From Nannocystis bainbridge (lineage in GTDB: Bacteria; Myxococcota_A; Polyangia; Nannocystales; Nannocystaceae): a stretch of 64,000 nucleotides of DNA. This document shows positions 40,534 to 51,159 of the stretch, piece by piece. The stretch covers positions 3,744,001-3,808,000 of the forward strand of contig NZ_JAQNDL010000001.1 in assembly GCF_028368995.1 (NCBI RefSeq), written 5' to 3'. Position 1 is the stretch's first letter; every line of letters starts with the position of its first letter. The position numbers and the translations under genes are program-made. The notes beneath the pieces were generated by a model. That model did no database searches, was not told the origin of the DNA, and saw only the letters and a program-made list of their open reading frames with translations.

Positions 40534-42462
40534 TCACTGCGGGTTGATGATCTTGAGCCGCATGCCGCCGGGGTAGGCGTACGACGTCACCGCCGTGTAG
40601 CCGACGCTGATGATGCCGAACGGCTGCTCGCTCTCGGCCAGGTGGCCGCCCTGGTTGATCTTCCAGTCGGCGACCTCGTAGTTGCCGACCGCGTAGTAGC
40701 CGCTGACGATGTTGCCGTCGACCTTGACGTCGGCGGCGCCCTTCTCGCGGATGACCTGGACGTAGTCGGCGGTGTAGCCGGTGCCGGTGGCGAACGCGTA
40801 GCGGTCGAGGAACTGCTCGACCGGGATCATCTGGTACATGGCGGGGTCGCCGGTGTTGGCGCCGCCGTTCTGGCTCTCGAGGTACTGGACCGGCAGGAAC
40901 GGCTTGTCGCCGTTGAACATGAAGCTCACGTTGTTGGGGATCACCAGATCCTTGAACTGGCCCTTGTTCAGGTTGATGGGCGTCCCGGGCTGGACCGGGT
41001 CGGTGGTGATCGTGGTGTTGTCCTCGCCGGCGAACACGCGCCAGTAGTGCTTCTCGGTGCCGCGCTTGGGCGAGTGGGCGCCGACGTAGGTCTTGCCCCA
41101 ATAGTCGAGCGGCAGCATCTGCTCCTCGATGTGGTCGCAGTAGCTGACCGCGTTGGTCGGCACGTTGACGCACTCGACCGCGCCGATGACCCAGATCGGC
41201 TTGTCGGCCTCGATGAAGGTGCCCGACACGTCGCTGCCCGCCTGCGGTCCGCGCACCTGCAGGGTGTCGAACCGGTTCATCGCCACCTGCCCGGTCGCGC
41301 CGCCGGCCACCGCCGGCACGCCGTTGCCGGCCAGGGTGCCCTGCGGCGGCGTCCACTTGACGGTGGTGCCGTCCTGCAGCGCGATCACGTTGAAGTAGCT
41401 CGGGTACTGGTTGTGGGTGTCACGCCACGAGGCGACGATGTAGTTCTGCCGCAGAGCGTACTCGGGCAGCAGCATCGACGCGTCGTTGGTGGCCTGCTGG
41501 CCGAGCGGCGAGTGCAGGTAGGCGATGATCGGGATGTTGCTGTTGACGCGGTAGACCCCGCCCTTGCGCAGCTCGGACTTCTTGTCGAGCGCCGCGTTGC
41601 TCATCGTGTACGTGTAGGTCATGCCCGGCGCGAGGTTGATCGGCGCGCCCTGGGGCTGCTCGACGTTGGTGCCGTTGGGCACGAAGTACAGCTGGACCTG
41701 CGCCGCCTTGCTCGGGTGGGTGTTGCCGACGATCAGCGAGTCCGCCTGGCCGTCGTTGAAGTTGTCCATCTTGTGGCCGAGGAACGAGCAGCCGATCGAG
41801 CTCGGGCTCGACTGCACGAGGTCACACAGCTCGGTGCAGCCGCCGAAGTCGCACTGCTGGGTCTCCGTGCACGCGACCGGCGGGTCGTAGGCGTCGCCGG
41901 CCCCGTTGCAGGTCTTCTCGGCGTCGAGGCCCTCGCACACCACCTGGCCCGGGTTGCACAGCATCGAGCCGCACGCGCCGTTCTTGCAGGACTGGCCGTT
42001 GCCGGGGCACGGCTCCGGCGCGAAGCCCTGACAGTCGTCGGTACAGACGAGGATCTGGTCGCCCTCGCAGCCGTTGAGGTCGCCCGGGTTGCACACGCAC
42101 GGGCCGACCGTGGTGGTGTCGGGGTCGGTCGTGGAGGTCGTGGTCGCGGTGACCGGCCCCGTGGTGTCGGTCGTGGACGTCGAGGTCCCGTCGCTGGCGA
42201 CCGTGGTGGCGTCGGTCGTCGTGGCGACGGTGGTGCCCTCGCTGTCGCTGAGGCTGCCAGTGCCGTCGGTGGTGGCCACCGTCGTCGTCGGCCCCTCGGT
42301 GGAGGTCGGCGAGTCGGTGGTCGAGGTCGTGGTGATCGGGTTGGTGATACCCGTCACGTTCGTCACCGACGCGCTGGCCGAGGTCGTGCCGTCGTCGCCA
42401 CACGCCGGCAGCAGCGCGGCCGCCATCACCCCAAGCTTGAACAAGTCTTCCCGCTTCAGCAT
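40534..42462 (-). CDS. IgGFc-binding-domain lipoprotein with Thr-rich and Cys-rich regions
   Basis: Lipobox LLPACGDD; NDASMLLP, CDHIEEQMLP..WGKTYV, SYAYPGGM. Confidence 0.85.
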   Translation of the reverse strand: MLKREDLFKLGVMAAALLPACGDDGTTSASASVTNVTGITNPITTTSTTDSPTSTEGPTTTVATTDGTGSLSDSEGTTVATTTDATTVASDGTSTSTTDTTGPVTATTTSTTDPDTTTVGPCVCNPGDLNGCEGDQILVCTDDCQGFAPEPCPGNGQSCKNGACGSMLCNPGQVVCEGLDAEKTCNGAGDAYDPPVACTETQQCDFGGCTELCDLVQSSPSSIGCSFLGHKMDNFNDGQADSLIVGNTHPSKAAQVQLYFVPNGTNVEQPQGAPINLAPGMTYTYTMSNAALDKKSELRKGGVYRVNSNIPIIAYLHSPLGQQATNDASMLLPEYALRQNYIVASWRDTHNQYPSYFNVIALQDGTTVKWTPPQGTLAGNGVPAVAGGATGQVAMNRFDTLQVRGPQAGSDVSGTFIEADKPIWVIGAVECVNVPTNAVSYCDHIEEQMLPLDYWGKTYVGAHSPKRGTEKHYWRVFAGEDNTTITTDPVQPGTPINLNKGQFKDLVIPNNVSFMFNGDKPFLPVQYLESQNGGANTGDPAMYQMIPVEQFLDRYAFATGTGYTADYVQVIREKGAADVKVDGNIVSGYYAVGNYEVADWKINQGGHLAESEQPFGIISVGYTAVTSYAYPGGMRLKIINPQ

Positions 42463-42644
42463 CAGCCACGTGTGCCACACACGGGCGAGCCGCTCAAACG
42501 CAAACTGCGGGCTCGCCAGCGTGCCCTCGCGTGCACACGGGAAGTCTGCCCGCCTGCATGTGCGGCCGCTTGCGCGCTCGCGCCCGTGCGCTCGCCTCGC
42601 AACTCCGCGTCTGCGGGTCGGCGACGCCACGCGTCCGAGCGGCC

Positions 42645-42736
42645 TGTCTTTCGAGACAGCTGTTGCTCGAGACAGCTCCGATCGGCGCAGGAGCCGTCGG
42701 GGACGCGGTGCGACACGCCATCTGTCTCTCGGGACA
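42645..42736. repeat. TGTC-N6-GACA sites
   Basis: Perfect at 42645 and 42723; one-mismatch at 42661. Confidence 0.75.
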
Positions 42737-42955
42737 TCCGGCGGACGGCACGCGAGCGCGCGACGACCGTCGCGTGGCGCGCGCTGCGTGACCTGAGCTG
42801 TCGCTCGTCACGCCGCCCGGCGCACGACGGTCGTCGCGGACCCGCACACGTCTGACTTGTCTCTCGCCTCACCCAGGCGCGCACCCGACTCGGGCGCGAA
42901 GCCTGCGGAGCGCGGCCGTCCCGGTCGGGGGACAGCAGCGCGCGCCGCGGGTGCG

Positions 42956-43132
42956 TCAGCCGGCGATCTTCTTGCCCGCCACGAGGCCGGCGACCAGCAT
43001 CACCGCGAAGATGACGATGAAGATGAAGAACAGCACCTGCGCGATGTCGGAGGCGGCATTGGCGACGCCGCCGAAGCCGAAGACCGCTGCGATGATGGAG
43101 ATGATGAAGAAGACGACGGCCCAACGAAGCAT
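42956..43132 (-). CDS. DUF1328/YtjA small membrane protein (58 aa; absent from the ORF track)
   Basis: [38 protein letters not shown]; AGGAGG RBS. Confidence 0.92.
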   Translation of the reverse strand: MLRWAVVFFIISIIAAVFGFGGVANAASDIAQVLFFIFIVIFAVMLVAGLVAGKKIAG

Positions 43133-43405
43133 GATTTTTTCCTCCTGCTCAATTCATGATCCGATTCATCGATGAGGCAACCTCGACCATCACTCTTTTC
43201 TTTAATCATCGTGGTGGCATCCATCAACCCCTGATATTCGATTCCTACCACCCCGCGGAGGGCGGTCCCAGCACCGGTCCGGAGCCCGTCCTGGCGCTGC
43301 TGTGAATGCGAGCGCTTAAATGGGGACCGCGCCCATCCCCCGATTGCATCGGGGGAGGGCGCGGTGATTCAGCCGGCGACGATGTCGACGCCGGCGCTTC
43401 GTTGG

Positions 43406-43606
43406 TTATGGCAGATGGAGGTCCTGAAGCTTGCGTTGAATCGCCTCCTTCCCGTCGCCGAAGCGCTCCTGAATGACACCGTACAGCTTGTCGGCAGAGC
43501 CCTCTGCCTTGAGGAAATCGTCGTCGGTCAGCTCGCCCCAGATCTTCTTGGCCTTGCCCTTGAGCTGGTCCCACTTCCCCTGCGCCTGGTCTTGATTGAT
43601 TGCCAT
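43406..43606 (-). CDS. CsbD/YjbJ family stress protein
   Basis: GKWDQLKGKAKKIWGELTDDD...IQERFG. Confidence 0.92.
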   Translation of the reverse strand: MAINQDQAQGKWDQLKGKAKKIWGELTDDDFLKAEGSADKLYGVIQERFGDGKEAIQRKLQDLHLP

Positions 43607-43871
43607 CTTTGTTCTCGTTTCCTGGTCCAAGTCTGATCGCTGTTGCAGCCAGGACGAACTCGACTACATCCCCGGAACGTCGTTTTATGGGCCTATTGGG
43701 GCAATAGCGGCGAGCGCGGGCGGCGATGCGTCAAGCGCGCACAGCATTGGCGCGAACAGCGCTCGCCAATCGCCAATGCGTGGTCTCTCCGCGGCCCTGC
43801 CATTCGCCGAAAGCGCGACGCGGAGGCGGGCGCCGCAGCGCCACACCTCCGCGTCGGTCCCCCGCACCGGC

Positions 43872-46800
43872 CTACGGCGCGTCCGGGGTGGTGTCGGCCT
43901 GGGCCGTGCGCTTGGTCGGCGGCGGGTCCGGCTCGACCTTCGGCGCCGGGGTCTTCTGCCCCTCGGCGCCGGTGCGGCCGAAGGTGCGGCGCCAGAACAG
44001 GTCGAGGCCGCCGACCGCGGCGTCGCCGAAGAACGTCTCCACCGACCACTGCGGCTTGAAGCGGTACTCGAACGAGCCCTGGATGCGGTTGTTCCGGATC
44101 GGCGCGTTGTGATGGTAGGTCGTCTCGGCGTAGATCTTCTTCGTCAGGTGCTTGCCGACGCTCAGCACCGGCTGCGTGACGTCGTCGGCGAAGCCGAACT
44201 TGATGCGGTCGATGCCGAGCTTCTGATCGGCGAAGCGCGACAGCGTCGGGTTGCTGAAGTTGACGAGCAGGCCGGCGGCGCTCGCCTGGGTCTTCTTCGG
44301 GTCGCTCTCCTGAGTGTCGGCGCTGCCGGTCAGCAGCAGGGCGAAGATCTGGCCCTCGGTCAGCGACGGGCGCGAGCGCAGCTTGAGCGCGGGCCGGCTG
44401 AGGCGGCCGCGGATCGCCACGTTGACCTCGGCCTGCGGCGTGGTCGTGTCGGCGGTGAGGTCGAGGTACGGGTCGATCGTCGAGCCGTCCTCCGGCAAGA
44501 ACACGCGGCCCTGGTCGATGGTGAAGCGGTTGCCGAGCAGCTCGAAGCGGCCGCGGTCGGCCCGGAAGCCGCCAGTGACCCCGGCCTCCTCGCCCTTGCG
44601 GTGCAGCGCCAGCGCGCCGCTCCAGCTCATGTCCATCGTCGGGCCCTTGATGTGCACCGGGGCCTTGAGCCGCACCGCGAGGTCGAACTGGCTGCTCTGG
44701 ACGTCGGCCGTCGGCGGCTTTTTGGTCGGCGGAGCCGTCGCCTCCTCGGCCTGCACCACCGGCGTCTCCTTGTCGCTCAAGGCGCCTGCCTGGCTGCCGA
44801 GCGCGGCCTGCAGCTCGGGCAGCGGCCCGCTGACGATCGTGATGTTGTCGTTCTCGGGCACCGGGTCGGGCGCGCGCGTGGTGAGGTCGGAGACCCAGAT
44901 CTCGGCGCCGTCGACGTCGATCTTGACCCCGAGCCCGGCCGCGCTGCGCTTCACGTCGGCGCTCACGTGCGTGTCGATGATCATCTGCGGCAGGCCGGGG
45001 CGGACCACCGGGAACTTGCGCAGGTCGAGCTGAGCGTCGGCGTCGACCCTGCCGCCGCTGGCGAACGTCACCTTGCCGTCAGCCTTGACCCGGCCCTCGC
45101 CGCTGGTCGCGGTGAGGCTGGTCAGCTTGACCTCGGGCCCGTCGGCGAGGATCTCGAAGTTGAGGTCGCGGAACCGCTGCTGCAGGGCCACCACGGTCAC
45201 GCCGCCCTTCTGCAGGCGGGCCGAGCCTCGCAGCTTGGGCTTGCCGATGACGCCGCCCGCGGTGATCTCGCTCGAGAAGAAGCCGGTGAAGTCGTAGATG
45301 GCCTCGGGGAAGAAGCCGCTGAGGTAGCGCAGGTCGGTCGCCTCGGCCTTGAGCTCGCCACGCATCGGGGTGTCGGTCAGCTTGGCCTGCTTGGCCCGCA
45401 GCTTCGGGATCGAGGCGGTGGTGTCGGCCGAGAACTCGAGCCAGCCCCGCTTCTTGTCGCGCTGGCCGAAGCTGCCGCGCACCGTCTGCTTGGCGTCGCC
45501 CACGTCGAGCTGGATCTTGAGCGGCTGGCCGCCGAGCACCTTGTGGCCGATCTCTCCGAGCACCTGGGCCTCGGCGTGCACGGTCTTGGCGTCGAGCTCG
45601 GCCGTGGCGTGGATGTTGAGGGCCACCACCGCCTGCTGCGGCAGCGGGCTGAACGGCTCGAGCGCGTCGTGGTCGAGGTTCTTGACGTCGAGCTTGGCCT
45701 TGGCGGGCCGCTCGGTCGCCCACGCGAACTCGCCCGACGCGAGGTCGATGTCGAGCGGCACGCGCCCGCCCAGCTCGATGGTGGTGATCTTGCCGAGCCG
45801 ACCGTGAGCGCCGACCTTGGCCAGGCCGTCGCGGTACTCGACGTCGGCCCGCAGCGCGCCGACCGGCTGGCCCTTGAACGCCAGCTTGTCGGCACGCACG
45901 GCCCCGACCAACTTGGGGTGGCGACCGGCGCCGTCGAAGGTCACGCCGCCGGTGATCCGGCCGGCGAGGTTGAGCCCGAGCAGCGGCTCGAGCGGCGCCA
46001 GCTCGAGCTCGCGAAGGTCGAGCATCAGCGCGTACCAGCCGTCGCGACGCCAGCGCACGCCAGAGGCGTCGAGCGCGAGCGGGGCCAGGCCGCGCAGCTG
46101 GAACTGCCCGACCTGCCCGCCGCCGCCCGAGATGTCGACGGCGACCCCGCCGTCGCGCATGGTCGCGACCAGCGACAGCGCGCCGAACTCGATCCGGCGG
46201 TGCATCAGGCGCTCGCCGTGCAGCTCGGCCTGCAGCTCCGGCTTGGTCGCCGGGCCAGTCATCTCGGCCTTCAGCGTCAGCTTGCCGCCGGCGTCGTGGC
46301 CGGGCGCGAGCGCGTCGAGCTGGTCAGCCACGTCGATGTCGTCGAGCTGGACCAGGACCCGGTGCTCGCGCTCGCGGTGCCAGGCGAACTTGCCGCGCAG
46401 CGGGTCGAGCTCGATCGGCACCTGCACGTCGACCTGGGCCCGACCGCCGCTGCGGTGGAGATCGACCTTGCCCTGCAGCCAGTCGCCGCGGTGCGTGACG
46501 CTGACCGCGACGTCGCCGACCGGCGCGCCCGAGATCGTCAGCCCCTTCGCGCGCCACTCGGTCACCACCCGCGGGGTCGCCAGCGGGCCGTCTGTGCCGT
46601 TGGCCTCGAACAGGACCATGCCGTCGAGCCGGCCGGTCAGCTCCGGCTGCTTGAGCCACGGCCGCAGCCGGTCGAGCCGGACCTCCTGGGCCTGCAGCTC
46701 GAGCTTGGTGTACGTATGTCCGATCGAGCCTGTCCTTAGCGACATGTTCACGTGGACAGGCGCCTGCGCGCGCAGCTCGAGCTTGCGCGCCAGCGGCCCG

Positions 46801-48890
46801 CGCAGATCGACGTCGACCGCGGCCTGGCCGTCGGCGAGCCGGGCGGCGACGTCGAGGTCGCCGAAGGTGTTGCCGCGCAGGCCGGCGCGGGCGATCGTCA
46901 CGTCCGCCACCAGCGACGGCGCCTCGGGCCGCCCGTGGACCCGCACGTGCGCGCTCGCCAGGCCGGCCGGGCGCAGCTTCGGCAGCAGCGGCCGCAGCCG
47001 GGCCAGCGCCAGCCCGGTCAGGTCGACATGCACGTCGCTCGGCCCGTCGGCGTCGAGGGTCCCGCCGGCCGCCAGGCGCCCGCCGGCGATCTTCAGCGCC
47101 AGGTCCTCCTCGATGCGCAGGCGCGAGCCCGACAGCACCGCCCGCGCCGGCCGCTCGAGCTCGGCGTGGAAGCCGGCCATCTCGGCCGTCAGCGCCCGCA
47201 GCTCCGCGCCGATCTCCTGACCTGTCCGTACAGACAGGTCGAGCTCCACCCGCGCGTCCGGCCCGAGCGCCCCGGCCCGCAGCCGCGCGTGCAGCGGCGG
47301 CAGCGAGGCCGGCACCGGCGGGGCCACCGGCCCGGGCGGCAGCTTGTCCGCGTCGAGCCGCACCTCGCCGCGATCGATCTGCACCGAGCCGGCCTTAAGG
47401 CCCGCGAGCGCCACCGCGACTGTCCCTTCGGACATGCCCCGAAGGACATCCACGTCGACGCGCGCCTGCTCGAGCGCGACCCCGCCGACGCCGACGCGGC
47501 GCAGCTCGAGCGCGCCGGCGCAGCGCAGCTCCGGCCCGCTGCAGGCCCCGCGGCCCGAGACCGTGCCGGTGATGTCCGGCAGCCTGGCGAACTGGCGGCC
47601 GACCGCGACCGGGCGGGCCACGTCGACCACCGCCAGGCGCCAGTCGATCTGCCGCAGCGCGCCGCGGATGGCGACCACGTCGACCAGGGCGCCGACCCCG
47701 GCCGCGTCGAGCGCTGCCGCGAGGGACAGGCTCTTGCTCGACGGATCGATCACACCATCGACGTCGAGGGCGACGCCGCCGAGGGGCGCGCACTCGGGGC
47801 AGCGCAGCCCGCCGGCCAGCGCCAGGCGCTTGCTCGGCATCTGTCGCGCGTGCAGCTCGAGCGTCGGCCGCACGCGTCCGAGCCGCGCCTGGGTCCACGG
47901 CGCCAGGTCGGCGTCGACCGCCAGGGTGATGTCGGCCTCCGGCGTCCCGCGCCACGCGCCCGCGCCTGTCAGCTTCAGCGCCAGGTTCGGCGCCAGCGCC
48001 AGCCGGACTTCGGCCGCCATGTCCTCGGGCACACCTTCGGCCGCGACCGAAAGCTCGACCGTGCCTGCCGGCGCCTTCAACTTCTCGACCGTGCCTGCGG
48101 GCAGGTACTCGGCCAGCAGCCCGACCGCCGCGCGGGCCTCGAGGTCGACCAGCATCCGCCACGCCCGCACATCGAGCTGCGCCTGCGGGATCTCGATCGC
48201 CGCCGCGTCGGCCACGATCCGCAGCCCCTCGATCTGCGCCACCGGCGAGCCCCAGCGGGCCTTCAGCACCAGCTCTTCGATCTCGCGGTTGCCCAGCAGG
48301 CGCCCGTGGGCCCGCACGATCTCCGCCTCGGCCGCGCGCCCGACCCCGCGGGCCCGCAGGTCGACGTCGAGCCCCTCGACGATCGGCGCGCCGTCGGCGA
48401 AATAGACCGCGCCGTCGTGCAGGTGCAGCGCCGCGGCGATGCCGAGCGGCAGGTCCGGACCCGGCGGAAGGGACATGTCCTTTGGGACATCATCACCGGG
48501 CGGCGCGATGTCGGCGAAGCTGCCGCCGGGCCCGGGCAGGTAGACGCGCAGGCTCTCGAGCGTCAGCGCGTCGACGGCGAGGTCGCGGCCGAGCAGCGCG
48601 CGCGGCGACCAGTCGAGCGAGAGCGCGTCGGCGGTGATCAGCGCGCGACCTTCGCGGTCGGAGAGCGTCACGCCGCGCAGGGTGAACGAGCCCAGCAGTG
48701 AGCCCTCGACCTCCGCGATCGCCACGCTGCCGGCGATCTTGCCGTTGTAGATCGGCAGGCCGACCCGCAGCGCGAGCCGCAGACCCGCGTTCGTGGTCAA
48801 GATCAGGACGACCGCGGACACCACCACCACGAGGACCAGCGCGAGCCCTTTCAGCGTGGTGCGTGCGATCTTTGCGATCCTCGTCGTCAT
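43872..48890 (-). CDS. tamB: Translocation/assembly module TamB-like protein
   Basis: 1672 aa, N-terminal anchor, C-terminal DUF490-like region (DPYLDL, SRPSL..IFALLLTG, LSVGKHL); adjacent to an Omp85 gene. Confidence 0.85.
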   Translation of the reverse strand: MTTRIAKIARTTLKGLALVLVVVVSAVVLILTTNAGLRLALRVGLPIYNGKIAGSVAIAEVEGSLLGSFTLRGVTLSDREGRALITADALSLDWSPRALLGRDLAVDALTLESLRVYLPGPGGSFADIAPPGDDVPKDMSLPPGPDLPLGIAAALHLHDGAVYFADGAPIVEGLDVDLRARGVGRAAEAEIVRAHGRLLGNREIEELVLKARWGSPVAQIEGLRIVADAAAIEIPQAQLDVRAWRMLVDLEARAAVGLLAEYLPAGTVEKLKAPAGTVELSVAAEGVPEDMAAEVRLALAPNLALKLTGAGAWRGTPEADITLAVDADLAPWTQARLGRVRPTLELHARQMPSKRLALAGGLRCPECAPLGGVALDVDGVIDPSSKSLSLAAALDAAGVGALVDVVAIRGALRQIDWRLAVVDVARPVAVGRQFARLPDITGTVSGRGACSGPELRCAGALELRRVGVGGVALEQARVDVDVLRGMSEGTVAVALAGLKAGSVQIDRGEVRLDADKLPPGPVAPPVPASLPPLHARLRAGALGPDARVELDLSVRTGQEIGAELRALTAEMAGFHAELERPARAVLSGSRLRIEEDLALKIAGGRLAAGGTLDADGPSDVHVDLTGLALARLRPLLPKLRPAGLASAHVRVHGRPEAPSLVADVTIARAGLRGNTFGDLDVAARLADGQAAVDVDLRGPLARKLELRAQAPVHVNMSLRTGSIGHTYTKLELQAQEVRLDRLRPWLKQPELTGRLDGMVLFEANGTDGPLATPRVVTEWRAKGLTISGAPVGDVAVSVTHRGDWLQGKVDLHRSGGRAQVDVQVPIELDPLRGKFAWHREREHRVLVQLDDIDVADQLDALAPGHDAGGKLTLKAEMTGPATKPELQAELHGERLMHRRIEFGALSLVATMRDGGVAVDISGGGGQVGQFQLRGLAPLALDASGVRWRRDGWYALMLDLRELELAPLEPLLGLNLAGRITGGVTFDGAGRHPKLVGAVRADKLAFKGQPVGALRADVEYRDGLAKVGAHGRLGKITTIELGGRVPLDIDLASGEFAWATERPAKAKLDVKNLDHDALEPFSPLPQQAVVALNIHATAELDAKTVHAEAQVLGEIGHKVLGGQPLKIQLDVGDAKQTVRGSFGQRDKKRGWLEFSADTTASIPKLRAKQAKLTDTPMRGELKAEATDLRYLSGFFPEAIYDFTGFFSSEITAGGVIGKPKLRGSARLQKGGVTVVALQQRFRDLNFEILADGPEVKLTSLTATSGEGRVKADGKVTFASGGRVDADAQLDLRKFPVVRPGLPQMIIDTHVSADVKRSAAGLGVKIDVDGAEIWVSDLTTRAPDPVPENDNITIVSGPLPELQAALGSQAGALSDKETPVVQAEEATAPPTKKPPTADVQSSQFDLAVRLKAPVHIKGPTMDMSWSGALALHRKGEEAGVTGGFRADRGRFELLGNRFTIDQGRVFLPEDGSTIDPYLDLTADTTTPQAEVNVAIRGRLSRPALKLRSRPSLTEGQIFALLLTGSADTQESDPKKTQASAAGLLVNFSNPTLSRFADQKLGIDRIKFGFADDVTQPVLSVGKHLTKKIYAETTYHHNAPIRNNRIQGSFEYRFKPQWSVETFFGDAAVGGLDLFWRRTFGRTGAEGQKTPAPKVEPDPPPTKRTAQADTTPDAP

Positions 48891-48910
48891 CCGTCCCCTG
48901 ATCCCTTTAG

Positions 48911-50884
48911 TTAGAATGCTTCACCGAGGCCGAAGTGCACGGCCCAGATCTTCTGGTCGCGCGCGTACTCGGTCTCGTTGAGGCGGAAGCCGACGTCCAG
49001 GCGGAACATGCCGATCGGCGTATCAAGACGCACACCGGGTCCGGCCGAGTAGTTGAATTGGCCCAGCGCGAATTGATTGACCCCGGCGCGCACGTCGCCG
49101 CCGTCGGCGAAGGCGACGAAGCTGAGCATCTTGGTGGCCCGCACGCGCGCCTCGATGTTGGCGAGGATCATCGTGTTGCCGCCGACGGGGATGCCGCGGC
49201 AGTCGGCCTCGCCCGGCGTGCAGCCGTCCGGGAACACCTGCGGCGACAGCCGCCGCAGGCCCCAGCCGCGCACCGTGTCGGCGCCGCCGAGGTAGAAGCG
49301 CATGTCGATCGGCGCCCCGCCCTTGGCCCCGTACGGCACGATCCACCCCATCTCGAAGCGACCGGCGAAGGTGATGCGCCAGTGCGGGGTCCAGTAGAGG
49401 CGGATGCTCGGGCGCACGCGGTGGGCGCTGAAGTCGCCGCCCAGGCCCATGATGTCGTAGACGGCGCCGATGATCGCGCCGTTCTGCGGCCGCAGCACGG
49501 AGTCGGTGAGGTAGAGGCGCAGCGACGGCTCGAGGTAGCTGAGCGTGTACGGGTCGCGGAAGTCGAGCCCGAGGATCGAGTTCTGGCCCTTGAGGGTCGG
49601 CGACACGTTGAAGAAGTCGACGAAGCGGAAGTTGTAGGCGAGCTCGGCCTCGACGAAGCGGCTGAAGAAGCGCGACAGGCCGGCGCGCATGGTCGGGCTG
49701 TAGAACTGATAGCCCTCCCAGATCCCGAGCTCGAACGCCGGCGACAGCGTCGCCACCGTGCGCTTCTCGATCAGGCCCTTCTGCCGCAGCGTCGGCTCGA
49801 ACTTGACGATCGGCCCGTGCTCTTGCGGGTTGAAGATGCTCGGCAGCTCGGCGTAGCCGGCGCGCGCGCGCAGGTCGAAGCGGGTCAGGTTCTTGAACAG
49901 GTTCTTGTGGGTGTAGAGCAGGCTGCCGCGCTGCTCCCAGCGGACCGGGTCGAGGCCGAAGCCGGCGCCGAGCTTGATCGACTGCGGCTTGGCCGGGCGC
50001 GCCTTGACGACCAGGTCGATCGTGCCTGGCTTGGTCTCCGACGGCACCTCCTCGATCGTGACGGTGTCGAACACCTCGAGCCCGTAGGTCGCCGCCTCGA
50101 CCTTCTTGACCAGCTTGGGCGAGTACGGCTTGCCCGGGGCGTAGTCGCTCTCGTTGCGGACGTACTTCTCGGGCACGTTGCCGAGGCCCTCGAACTTGAT
50201 CTCGCCGATCTTGAAGTACGGGCCCGGGCGGATCTCGAAGCGCACGGTGGCCCCGACGCCGGGCGACACCTCGGCCGTCTCGCGCACCTCCGCCTTGGCG
50301 TAGCCGGCGTCGCGCAGGGTCTCGAGCAGCTGCTCGACGGAGCGGTTCAGCTTCGGCACCTCGAACGCCCGCTCGGTCTCGAGCGCGACCCGCTTGAGCA
50401 GCGCGACCTCGCCGACCTTCGGGTCGGCGGCGGCGATGCCGGGGCGACCGGCCGGGAACGTCAGCTGGATGTTCTTGACCAGCGTGGGTTCGCCTTCGCG
50501 GACCACCACCTTGAGGGCGGCCTTGCCGGGGCGACGCTCCCCCGGCGTGCGGGCGAACAGGCGTATCCGCCCGGCCTTCACCGTCGGGGTGATCGACACC
50601 ACCTCGGCGTCGTAGTAGCCGTGGGCCTTGTAGACCTCGACGATGCGCTTGGCGTCGACCGGGATGTTCGCCGGCAGGAACGCGTAGCGCTCCTTGAACG
50701 GCAAGATCGAAGTCTCGCCCATGTGCAGGTAGGTCAGCAGCTCCTTCTCGGTGAAGCGCTCGACCCCGACGAACTGGACGTCCTTGATATAGGCGTCGGA
50801 CCCACGGACGTCGTCGAGCTTGCTCGAGCAGCCGACCAGGACGGCGATCACCAGTCCGAAGAGACATGTCCACAATGGGCGCAC
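48911..50884 (-). CDS. Omp85 family TamA/BamA-like outer-membrane protein
   Basis: POTRA-like repeats, FYLGGADTVRGW, TPIG..RLD, C-terminal GEAF; GTG start with LVGC lipobox-like site. Confidence 0.88.
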   Translation of the reverse strand: MRPLWTCLFGLVIAVLVGCSSKLDDVRGSDAYIKDVQFVGVERFTEKELLTYLHMGETSILPFKERYAFLPANIPVDAKRIVEVYKAHGYYDAEVVSITPTVKAGRIRLFARTPGERRPGKAALKVVVREGEPTLVKNIQLTFPAGRPGIAAADPKVGEVALLKRVALETERAFEVPKLNRSVEQLLETLRDAGYAKAEVRETAEVSPGVGATVRFEIRPGPYFKIGEIKFEGLGNVPEKYVRNESDYAPGKPYSPKLVKKVEAATYGLEVFDTVTIEEVPSETKPGTIDLVVKARPAKPQSIKLGAGFGLDPVRWEQRGSLLYTHKNLFKNLTRFDLRARAGYAELPSIFNPQEHGPIVKFEPTLRQKGLIEKRTVATLSPAFELGIWEGYQFYSPTMRAGLSRFFSRFVEAELAYNFRFVDFFNVSPTLKGQNSILGLDFRDPYTLSYLEPSLRLYLTDSVLRPQNGAIIGAVYDIMGLGGDFSAHRVRPSIRLYWTPHWRITFAGRFEMGWIVPYGAKGGAPIDMRFYLGGADTVRGWGLRRLSPQVFPDGCTPGEADCRGIPVGGNTMILANIEARVRATKMLSFVAFADGGDVRAGVNQFALGQFNYSAGPGVRLDTPIGMFRLDVGFRLNETEYARDQKIWAVHFGLGEAF

Positions 50885-51035
50885 GACGCGCGAACTATGA
50901 TCTCGACCAGCCTCAAGGGCCACGCGCGCGGCCCCTGGAATCCCCGAGCAGCCGCTCCTCCAGCCTTTCCCTGGCCGTCCGCCCGTGCAGCCGCGCAAAG
51001 TCCGCGAGACAGCGAAGTCCGCGCGACCCAATCAT

Positions 51036-51081
51036 GACATGACTGAAACAACATGCCCGTTAGGACATGTGTTGTTCGACC
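51036..51081. repeat. Degenerate phased 14-bp array between divergent genes
   Basis: Units at 51040, 51054, 51068; ACATG every 14 nt. Confidence 0.65.
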
Positions 51082-51159
51082 GCGCGTGTCGGTTCCGCCC
51101 ACCGCTGGCGAACCGGCCGAACCCGATCACAATCGCCAAGTACGGCCAGGAGAGCTCCT

